The notes under the pieces are model-generated. The model did not search any database. It saw only the letters and a list, made by a program, of their open reading frames with translations, and had not been told where the DNA came from. The translations under genes were made by a program, and so were the position numbers. A stretch of DNA of 64,000 bases from Pelagomonas calceolata. Lineage: Eukaryota. Shown piece by piece: positions 31,709 through 40,459 of the stretch. Location of the stretch: contig CAKKNE010000004.1 in assembly GCA_918797485.1 (NCBI GenBank), positions 496,001 to 560,000 of the forward strand. Reading direction: 5' to 3'. Numbering within the stretch: the stretch's first letter is position 1; every line of letters begins with the position of its first letter.

Positions 31709-32338
31709 GGTGTTGCGAATTTTTTATTCGGTTAACGAGATGCCGATGCCCCCGATCCACGTAGTCGATTTCCGAAAATCACGGGCACGCGCGTTGATGC
31801 GTGGTTGCGGCGGTGCTATCGTGCTTAGCGGAGAGCTACTCGTGGGGGTATCGGTCGCTTGTGAACTTGTATTGGTCCGGCGCGGCGCCGCGGCCTTGCT
31901 CGTGGTTGGCGTTGATCTCGTCTTGGATGCGTGTCCGAGTGCTCCCTCGCTTCTGAGACGTCTCTTTTGTCGCACGGGCTTGGGCTCGTTACATCTGCTC
32001 GTTACGGGCGCGCGGCGCTGCGCAGGTGCCTTGTTCAATAAAAGTGATTTTATCTTTCATCCATACATATTATAAGGATGGGGAGTGGTTCTTTTTTTGC
32101 AAGCTCACCAAAGCAACCAGAGCCAGCTTTGTGTTGATCCGCTCGTCTGTACAGCGCAGCTTGGAGTCATTAAGCGTCCTCAAGGCGAGCTATTATATTA
32201 AGGCACACACGCCGCCGCGGCAATTCTGCGCGTCGCGACTGCGATTCACAGTTTTCAGCAGCTGTGAACTAAATTGTTGCACTTTTTCTCTGCGAGCGCA
32301 GAGCGCGCCCGCGCGCAAACACGGCCCGTTAAATCTCA

Positions 32339-32620
32339 ATGGCCGACGCGCAAGCCGCCTCACCCTCAAATACGCCGCCCAGTGCTACTCGCAACGTGAC
32401 CAACGTCGCGGGCGAGTCGACGCCGCGGCCGCCACCGGCGCCGCAACCGAGCCGCTCGCCGTCCAGTCTGCTCGAAAATAGGGTCGTCCGGCCGGAGATG
32501 ACGCTCCCGTCCTTGCACGACCTAAGCTTCGAGCCCGCGCGGCCGCCGTCGCCGGCCGCAGTCGTAGACCCGCCTCAAGTCCTTGGCACCAGTCGCAATC
32601 AAACGAAAATCAGTAAATGA
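32339..32620 (+). CDS. Small Pro/Ser-rich hypothetical protein
   Basis: 93-aa ATG ORF downstream of AT-rich, TATA-like sequence; no motif recognised. Confidence 0.3.
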   Translation: MADAQAASPSNTPPSATRNVTNVAGESTPRPPPAPQPSRSPSSLLENRVVRPEMTLPSLHDLSFEPARPPSPAAVVDPPQVLGTSRNQTKISK

Positions 32621-32664
32621 AGTATCAAGTTAGACCGCGCGGCGTTCCCGAAGAAGCGCAGCGT

Positions 32665-33354
32665 CTACTTGCGGCGCAGCGCGCCCCAGTCGCGCTCCGC
32701 GGGCGGCGGCGCCGGCGCGTCGTCCCTCACATGGTGGCGCGGGCCCCGGTCGTTGCGGTGACCACGGTGCGGCCGGTCCCCATGTCCTTGATTGCGCTTG
32801 CCGCCCCAGGCCCTTCCTTGACCACCGTGGAAGGCGTGGCGCTTGTAGTCTAGCGTGACGAACGTCGGCAGGTCCAAATTCGTCTTGATCGCGTCCCGGA
32901 TCTTCGCGATGGCGTCGTCGTCCTTGGAGTCCTGCGTCCATACGGACAAGATGTCCTCGTGCTGGCGCACGGAGACGACGACGCCGCAGACCTGGCACCC
33001 GACGTCGCCAAATTGTTCACCAACAAGGGCCATGATCAGGTCCTCCCAGTACAACGACGCGAGACCCTCTACTTTTCTGAGACGCACGATCCACTTACCC
33101 CCGTTCCGGTTCTTGGCATCCTCCCACGTCGGCGAGATGCCCTCGCGGAAGAGGTGGTAGTCCGTGACGTGCGTTTCACTTGTTAATGAATGGGGCTTCA
33201 CGAGGTGGTCATAGATGCCGAAGAAGCCCTCGACGCTATCGAAACTCCCAATTTTCTGGACCGCGTTTTGATAGCCCTGCGCGTCCGTCTCCTTCTGGGA
33301 TCTATCTCTCCGTAAATAGAAGAAGGCGAAGCGCGAGTTGAGGAAGTGGGTCAT
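32665..33354 (-). CDS. Translation initiation factor eIF4E, class II (4EHP/nCBP-like)
   Basis: YQNAVQKIGSFDSVEGFF (Tyr at the W56 position), DYHLFREGISPTWED, GGKW, WEDLIMALVGEQF and LSVW. Confidence 0.9.
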   Translation of the reverse strand: MTHFLNSRFAFFYLRRDRSQKETDAQGYQNAVQKIGSFDSVEGFFGIYDHLVKPHSLTSETHVTDYHLFREGISPTWEDAKNRNGGKWIVRLRKVEGLASLYWEDLIMALVGEQFGDVGCQVCGVVVSVRQHEDILSVWTQDSKDDDAIAKIRDAIKTNLDLPTFVTLDYKRHAFHGGQGRAWGGKRNQGHGDRPHRGHRNDRGPRHHVRDDAPAPPPAERDWGALRRK

Positions 33355-33790
33355 TTTCCCTTAATGCGGCGCGGCGCCCTCCGCGGACTCCTTGGTTTCT
33401 TCTAAATTCGCCGCGGCGGTGAAGGGGTGCCCTTGCCTCCGCGTGCGGCCTCGGCGGCCAGAGAGCTCTCTAACAGGATCTCCGCGGGACGGCCTCGGGG
33501 CTTGCCGCGTGGCTCGCGCAGGCTTTGCTTGGCTGTCTGGAGGACAGCGCACGACTTCTGGCTGCCGCGGTTGCCTCTGATGGGCTGCGCGGGCCGGAAT
33601 CTGCGACGGCCTCGATAATCAGCCAAAGCGTCGTATTGACATACTAGCATTGAGGTTTTTTTGGCTGAAGCTTTAGAGAACTTAAGGAACCACGCCTCGT
33701 GGGCGCCCACCATGACTCGAGTGTCTTACTAATTCCACCGTGACGCACGACGAACGAACTCCGAGCGTAACTGAGGCGAAATTCAACAAA

Positions 33791-34921
33791 ATGCGCCTCT
33801 TGCTGGCGACAGTCGCGGCGGTCGCTGCTCAACGTGGCGCGACGCCAAGCGGCCACGCGCTCCTCCTCGGCACGCAAAGGACGGGCACGACCTGGGCCAT
33901 GGCCGAGCTCGACCGGTCGCCGTGCGTGTCGACGACCTCTGAATTATTCATCCAGTTCAAGTGGGAGCGCGGCGCGCGCATGGCCTGTCTGAGGATGCTT
34001 TACGGCGACGCCGACGCGCGGGACCGCTCTCTACGCTCGAAGTGCTCCGCGAAATTTCGAGGGTTCCTCGACAAGAGTCGCGCCTTCGCGTCAAAGAACA
34101 ACGCTACTGGGTTGCCGTCCGTCGAGGCGTTCAAGTGGATGCAGTCGGTGGAAAAGGACTGGGACTGGCTGAAGGAGCTCTGGAAGAAGCATGATGTTAA
34201 AGTTATCACTCTGAGAAGGCGCGACCACGTCCGCACGCTGCTCTCGAGGATTACGAACCGGAACACGGGCCTCGCGCACCCGTCTCAGAAGCAGGCCCAA
34301 GTCCTGGCGAGTAAGAAGGTCCGGCTGCGGACGGAGCCCAAGGTGTTGCTGCGGCACCTCCGCATCATCGAACGGTCATATCAACAGCTCGGGCGCTTCC
34401 ACGAGAAGGTCCAGAAGGCCGGGATCAGCGCGAAGATGGTCTACTACGAGGACCTCGTCGCCGATCCACAAGCGTTGGACCGGCTCCGGACCTTCGCGCT
34501 GGGCGACGCGGCGCGCGAGCCGAGGTGTCGCGCGACAACGTCGTCAGAAACGGTCTATCGCATCCACGCCAAGAGTTTAGCGCAAGAAATCTCGAACTAC
34601 CACCAGGTCAAGGCTGCGCTGCGAAGCACGAAGTTCTCGAAGTTCCTCGAGGCCGACGAGGCCCAGACGCGCGCCGCGGCATTGAAGCCGCAGTCTTTGA
34701 AGCCTCAGCAACCGCGGTACGACGAACGTGTCAGGGAGAGCTCCGCCGACGAAGAAAAAAAACGCGTCGAGGCCATCGAACGGCAGACGGCCAAAGTATT
34801 AGCCCGCGAGGAGAAGAAGGACCAGGAGTACGTGTCGAGCTTCCTCGCCGCCTTACGGGCCAAGGCCATCGAGAGCATGCACGCGCTCCTCGAGGCGGAG
34901 GCGGACGACGACGACGCCTAG
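33791..34921 (+). CDS. Secretory-pathway sulfotransferase
   Basis: Signal peptide; 5'-PSB GTQRTGTTW; 3'-PB ITLRRRDHVRTLLS; VYYEDL. Confidence 0.8.
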   Translation: MRLLLATVAAVAAQRGATPSGHALLLGTQRTGTTWAMAELDRSPCVSTTSELFIQFKWERGARMACLRMLYGDADARDRSLRSKCSAKFRGFLDKSRAFASKNNATGLPSVEAFKWMQSVEKDWDWLKELWKKHDVKVITLRRRDHVRTLLSRITNRNTGLAHPSQKQAQVLASKKVRLRTEPKVLLRHLRIIERSYQQLGRFHEKVQKAGISAKMVYYEDLVADPQALDRLRTFALGDAAREPRCRATTSSETVYRIHAKSLAQEISNYHQVKAALRSTKFSKFLEADEAQTRAAALKPQSLKPQQPRYDERVRESSADEEKKRVEAIERQTAKVLAREEKKDQEYVSSFLAALRAKAIESMHALLEAEADDDDA

Positions 34922-35097
34922 CCTCCCCGGCGCCGCGTCCGCGCCGTCGACCCGTACTACGGCCGCGGCGCGCTGTTCCGCGAGTAAGCTAAATTTATTT
35001 GTGTACAAACGAAGCTCGGGGTCGCGGCGATGGCGTGCCGATGGACAGGACTAGTACGAGGGAAGATGATGCTTATAGACACGTCACAGGAGATAAA

Positions 35098-36403
35098 CTA
35101 CTTCGCCGTCGGGTACGACGCGAAGTTCGCCACGCCGCATGCGTTCACGCCCCGCTTGAGCCGTACATAGCCGTCCTCGCCCCACGCGGACCCCCAGGAG
35201 TTGCGCACGATCCAGTAGTCGCCGCTCGTAGAATCCGTGCCGTAGCCGACGACCGCGACGCCGTGGTCCGCTTTGGCCGGGTCCGACGAGCAGCCGCCGA
35301 GCCACTTCCGCGGCGTGAGTACACCACCGGCGTACGTCTGCCACTGGCGCGACGCGTCCAGAGCGACCGACACGGGGCCGACCGTGGCCAGCGCGTCCAT
35401 GAGCGCGTCCTCGTCGCCACTGGGAACGTCGGTCCAGTTCGAGATTTTCGCGCCGTCGTCACTCGACTCGAAGGCGCACCGCTCGTCCTCGCCGCGGTAC
35501 GGGTACGCCGCCTCCGTATCGATGCCGCCCTTCTGCTTGTTGATGATGTAGTCGAAGGCGTTGTCCATGAGCCCCCCATCACACCCATCGCCTGCGTGGA
35601 AATCAACCAGTGTCGGGTGCACTCGGCGATGACGCCATCGAGCAGGCGTCGCGTCGATAGCGTGGAGGACGACGTGAAATTTCCACACGGGCCGCACAGC
35701 AGTCCTCCGCGTCGGAAGGTAGTCTATCCTTCTTCACACAATCAACAAGGTTCTGCTCCGACAGCGTGACCATCTTGCCGTGCTTCTTGGCATGGGCGCC
35801 CTCGATGGACGCCACGGTGCTGAAGGTCCAGCACGACCCGCACGAACCTTGATCTTTGACGTCGGCTACTAGACCTTCCTTGCGCCAGTCGACTTCCGTC
35901 GGTAGCGGCTTGCCCGTCGTCTTGTGGACGAGCGGCGCGTGTCTTTTGGGAGAGGGCTTGTACTTTTGATAGGCCTCGAATTCGTCACTGGTCCAGTCGG
36001 AGAAGCGGTTCAGCCCCACTTTATGGGCCTCGTCGTGGTGCTGGATCTCCCGTAATGTTACAGAGAAGGCCTTGAGCCGCTCGGCGTACTCCTCGATGTC
36101 GTAGGTCTTCTCGAATTGTTCCACGTACCAGGCGAACTTCGCTGCAATGGTCCTGGCGTCGAGGTCCTTGTAGATCCCGCTTCCGTCCTTGCCGAGGCGC
36201 GGGACCGTCTCCGGGCCCTTGAGCACGCCCGCGCCGTCCTTGCCGAGGCGCGGCGGCGGCGGCGCGTTGCCGGTGGCCGACGGCGGGCCGCGGTAGACGC
36301 CGGCGCCGCCTTTCCCAAAAACATGAGCAGGGTGCTCTGACTCCACGGCCACTCCGTGGGCCCCCGCGGCCAGCGCCAGCGCGACGGCGACCGAAGGCCG
36401 CAT
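35098..36403 (-). CDS. Papain-family cysteine protease (cathepsin L-like), join(35098..35591,35698..36403)
   Basis: I29 propeptide (GLNRFSDWT); [35 protein letters not shown] and YWIVRNSWG. Confidence 0.93.
35592..35697 (-). mobile_element. Introner element forming the cathepsin intron
   Basis: TIR CCTGCGTGGAAAT...ATTTCCACACGGG; homologous to the element at 61077..61240. Confidence 0.8.
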
Positions 36404-36585
36404 CGTCCGAGTCGCGCGCGTTGCCTGCGCCTTCCTGGGGGCGCGCGCGTGCGTGACAGCGCCCGCGAATGCTGAATTTTCACGGAGGCGCGCTGCGTAT
36501 CGCGTTCTGTGCCAAAAATCGAGCCGAGCATTGCGTCGGCGGGTCCGATTGGGAGGGCTGTCTCGAGTTGTCGAGCACTGTCCGC

Positions 36586-36609
36586 GCTAGCGTCCTGTAA
36601 GGCACTAGC
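36586..36609 (+). promoter_or_regulatory. Conserved upstream motif, copy 6
   Basis: GCTAGCGTCCTGTAAGGCACTAGC in a divergent gap. Confidence 0.6.
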
Positions 36610-36741
36610 AAGCGCAGCACAGAGAGAGCAAAACGCCAGAGCTCTCGCCATAGCCATAGACAGTTGCCACTTTGCCGTGCGCGTGCCATATTGATGACAG
36701 CTTTCGGTGCTGTGCAAGTTTGAGCAATTCGTGCTGGCACC

Positions 36742-37584
36742 ATGCAGCTGTGGGCAGTCGCAGCAGCAAGCGCAGTACTGCTGCTCGTCGCCCGAAAGGC
36801 AAGGGCAGAAGTCAACGAAGCGAGAGCCGCGCGCGCCGCCGAAGAGCTCCTCGCCGAGGAGGAGGTGGAGGACAGACGCCGACGCGTCGACGCGAGCAGT
36901 GGGCCGCGCTACTTGGTAGTCGTCGACTTCGAGTGCACCTGCGAGGACCAGGAGGAACCATACATACACGAGATCATCGAGTTCCCCGCCGTGCTCCTAG
37001 ACATGCGGACGAGAAGGGAGGTGCGCCACTTCCACGCATTTGTAAAACCGACGGAGCGGTCGGTGCTTTCTGAGTTTTGTACTCGCTTGACGGGCATCGA
37101 CCAAGCTACTGTTGATAAAGCCGAGACACTGGATCGAGTTTTGGTCAAGTTTTGTGGTTGGCTGGACGAGTTTGCGGGAGAGAATTATTCATTAGCTGCG
37201 GACTGCCAGAGCGACCTGCGGCATTTTCTACTCGCGGAATGTCGCAGGAAGAAGATACGCGTGCGGGACGCGTGGCGGTCCTGGGTGGATATAGGACGGC
37301 ACCTCATGGTGCATTTTGATTTGAGAAGGCCGGGGAACTTGCAGATGAAGCTCGCAAAGGTCGGGTTGACCTTTGAAGGGACGCCGCACCGCGGTCTAGA
37401 TGATGCCCGAAATATAGGTAGGTTGGCGCTGGCGCTCCAGGAGCGGGGCGTGTCTCTCACAGTGAATGACGGCTTGATTAAGCCGCGGCGCCCCGCCGTC
37501 ACGAAAAAGGAGAAGCGGTTGCGGAGTCGCGAGGAGGAGACCGCGCGGCGGCGTCAAAAGAAGCCTGTTGTTGTGGACTGGTAA
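36742..37584 (+). CDS. ERI1-family DEDDh 3'-5' exoribonuclease
   Basis: VVDFECTC, EIIEFPAV, LSEFCTRLTGI and FEGTPHRGLDDARNI. Confidence 0.9.
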   Translation: MQLWAVAAASAVLLLVARKARAEVNEARAARAAEELLAEEEVEDRRRRVDASSGPRYLVVVDFECTCEDQEEPYIHEIIEFPAVLLDMRTRREVRHFHAFVKPTERSVLSEFCTRLTGIDQATVDKAETLDRVLVKFCGWLDEFAGENYSLAADCQSDLRHFLLAECRRKKIRVRDAWRSWVDIGRHLMVHFDLRRPGNLQMKLAKVGLTFEGTPHRGLDDARNIGRLALALQERGVSLTVNDGLIKPRRPAVTKKEKRLRSREEETARRRQKKPVVVDW

Positions 37585-37595
37585 CAATGTGTATC

Positions 37596-38921
37596 TTAGA
37601 ACATTTCGGAGAGGACCTCCCCGTCCCCGATGGCGTCGTCATCCGTGCGCCGCTTCTTCGGCGGCGGCGCCTCGTCGGATCTCTGCGCTGCAAAGAAGGC
37701 CGCAACGGCTGCCTTCCGGTCGCCGTCCGGCCCGGCGTGCTTGCGGAAGGCCTCCAGTGGGGGCGTGCGGGGCCGCGGCGGCGGCGACGGCTTCTTCGGT
37801 TGGGGCGCCGCGGCGGGCGACGCCTTCGGCGGCGGCACGCGGACGACGAACTTTTGTTTCGGCGGCGGCGCGGGGGGCCTGGCGGCCGGCATCGGCTTCC
37901 GCGTCACGACGACGCGCGGCGGCGGCACAGGGGCCGGAGGCGCGGGCGCGGGCGCCGGCGCGGGCGATTTCGCCTTCGGCGGCAGCGGCGATGACGACGC
38001 CGCCGCCGGCTTCAGATGGGGCGGCGACTTCTTCGGCGACAGCTTCGGCTTCGGGACGAGCGCGCCGGACGCGTCGACGGAGGTTTTACGGATGGCCTGC
38101 AATCCAAAGCGATGCACCGCGGCGTGGTACTCGCGCGCGGCCGTCTCCTCGTCGTTGTAGGTGCCAGTCCAAACAGTCTTCTCGGCCGCGTCGCTGAGTT
38201 TCGCCTGCCAGCGCCGTCTGCGCGAATCCCAGTATGGGCCATAGTACTGGGACGACGAGCCCGTCGTCTTCACGCGCTGCGGATCCGGCGGGCGGGCCGC
38301 GCTCTTATCACGCGGCAATTGCTTGGGCTGCGGCCGGCCGTCGACGACGGGATTTATCGCGCGAATGTCCGTCAGCTTGGCTGCGATGATGGCTTCGTTG
38401 AATTTGAGCGCAGCGGTTTCCTCATCGTCGTAGGTACCGACGGTGTGACGGTTTCCTTGTCGGTCCGCGTACCGGACAGCCCATTTGTTTCTTTGCTTTG
38501 ATACGCCCACAAATCTCGAAGTCGCGCCCCCGCGCCGCCGTTTCGGGCCGTTGCGCGCGCCACCGTCGGAGTCGTCGTCGTCGCTCGAGGCTTCGAAGTC
38601 GTCGTCGTCAGCTGCGGCGGCGGCACTCGAGGAGCCCGTCGGCTCGGCGGCCGCGGCGACAGGTACCACCGGTCCGACGATGTCCGTCTGCGTCGCGACG
38701 GTGGTCACTCCAGCCTCATCTCCTTTGAGCTTCCGCCACGCCCGCAGAAAGCGACTGCGCGCGAGCGGCGGCCACGTGGAGATCTGGAGGACGTCTTCTA
38801 GATCGGCCTCTTCGCACGTCGCAAAGTCCGAGAGGTTTGAGGCCGCCTCGCGTGCCAGCGTTCTACGCGGCTCGGCCACGTGTTTCTGGAGCCAGGCGTC
38901 AAGCTCTGCGGCAGCATCCAT
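37596..38921 (-). CDS. Protein with a SAM-like N-terminus and two AP2 DNA-binding domains
   Basis: SRFVGVSKQRNKW...GTYDDEETAALKFN and SQYYGPYWDSRRRRW...GTYNDEETAAREY; N-terminus is homologous to that of 40460..43360. Confidence 0.8.
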   Translation of the reverse strand: MDAAAELDAWLQKHVAEPRRTLAREAASNLSDFATCEEADLEDVLQISTWPPLARSRFLRAWRKLKGDEAGVTTVATQTDIVGPVVPVAAAAEPTGSSSAAAAADDDDFEASSDDDDSDGGARNGPKRRRGGATSRFVGVSKQRNKWAVRYADRQGNRHTVGTYDDEETAALKFNEAIIAAKLTDIRAINPVVDGRPQPKQLPRDKSAARPPDPQRVKTTGSSSQYYGPYWDSRRRRWQAKLSDAAEKTVWTGTYNDEETAAREYHAAVHRFGLQAIRKTSVDASGALVPKPKLSPKKSPPHLKPAAASSSPLPPKAKSPAPAPAPAPPAPVPPPRVVVTRKPMPAARPPAPPPKQKFVVRVPPPKASPAAAPQPKKPSPPPRPRTPPLEAFRKHAGPDGDRKAAVAAFFAAQRSDEAPPPKKRRTDDDAIGDGEVLSEMF

Positions 38922-39029
38922 AGTTTCAGTGTGTACCTCTATCACTTGGGCGCAAACGCCCGCAAATAAGGACTCACAAAGGCTGAAAGTAAGGCCCTTG
39001 CATAATGAGCTACGTATTGACGCACTAGG

Positions 39030-39600
39030 TTGGAGATGGCGACATGCAGCCGTTGGAGTACCGTTCAGTTCGCTACTGGTCCAAAGAGATCAATGGGACA
39101 CTTACTGGGGGCCGAAAAAATTGATTTTTTTAATTCGCGCTATTGACGACGCCACCATGGCGGCCGCGCCGGTGGAATCCTGTCAATCCTTGCCGGGGAG
39201 GTGTCCCTGGGGTCGCCTAGGGTCGGTACTATACACGTGCAATCGCCTACACCGCATGCGCCGGCGCTTCAATCATTTTTGGTCGATTTCTCTCAGCAGC
39301 CCGCGGAGCTTTAGCATTTTTTGGCCAAGTTTGCTTCCAGAGAGCACTAGGCCGCCGCATCGATGGCGTATGCGGTGTAGGAGCTTACCCACAACCAGGC
39401 CTACCCCGACAGGCCTCCAGGAGCCAAGCTGGCCCCGAAAAAAGTAAATAATTTGGACCCGATGGCGCCCCGTCCCCGTAAAAAACGTCAATTACCCGAG
39501 GCCCCCAAGGAATCGTAATAGCGGTCTCGTTGGACCCCATACTACCCCACCGATAGTCAACTACAAGTATATGACATCTACACCACGAGAAGGGTACTTT
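39030..39600. mobile_element. Putative non-autonomous DNA element (MITE-like) with long imperfect inverted ends
   Basis: 39030-39135 is an imperfect inverted copy of 39478-39600; the element is homologous to 54935-55265. Confidence 0.55.
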
Positions 39601-40358
39601 GGGCCGACCACGCTCGGGACGTGAACATCTTGATCTGGACCTCGCGCAAGTCCGTCGATCATGAAACAAATGATCGCGTCATGGTCCATGGTGATGGTAC
39701 ACGGGCTGATGGTCCCAGGTCTAGTCATTGTGCCCCATTTAAGGGAGATCGTGGGCACGAGAGACCGACGACCAGCGCCGAGCATCTTGGGGTCTCGGAG
39801 CATTGTAGTAGGCAGTCGGGCCGATTTGATGGCCCGTCCTAGGACCAAAGCGCCTGAAACGCAAATTTATTTTACAACTCACGGGTCTGGGGCCTTTCCA
39901 GTGCCCCGCGTACGCACCGTCGCCCGCGGAGAACGGGCAAGTCAATCGATCGTGAATCGAACAACGGGATTTTAGTCCATCTGGGTAGTGGCGTCGCTGA
40001 TACTCGCAGGTGTAGGTTCTTGGCGTGTTTTTGTATAAACCCGGGGGCTCGAAGTCGCCGAATCGCGCGGCTCAAACGGAATATCTAAAATAGCTCAGTA
40101 GCCGCTGATCCGGCCTAAATGGACTCTACCACTAACAAACGGAAGGAAACGAACATAAACTCGGGAGTTGTCTAGTAGAATTCTCTTCCCGCCCTCCGAG
40201 CGCGGGCCGTCGACTCCGGTTCCGTCGAGTGTGGATGAAAACTGGGCTGGAGTTGATATGATGTACTATTTGTACGGTAGATGGCGGCGCTAATCGCTGG
40301 TGTACTTTGGCGAGCCGCGAGACCTAGTGATCTAGCGTATCGACATACTAGGAATCCG

Positions 40359-40413
40359 TATATATATATATATATGTATATATATATGTATATGTGTGTG
40401 TGTGTGTGTGTGT
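40359..40413. repeat. Compound microsatellite (TA)n(TG)n
   Basis: Directly visible in the sequence. Confidence 0.95.
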
Positions 40414-40459
40414 AGTATTAAGGGTTCACGGGGTTCTTATACACTAACTAGCGAGCGTC

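Noticed and set aside
36170..36325. Repeated (L/F)GKxGxGxYxG units in the cathepsin pro-region
   Set aside because: Real but short internal duplications with no supportable function
40085..40130. TAGCTCAGT resembling a tRNA A-box
   Set aside because: No T-arm (GTTCRA) or cloverleaf follows
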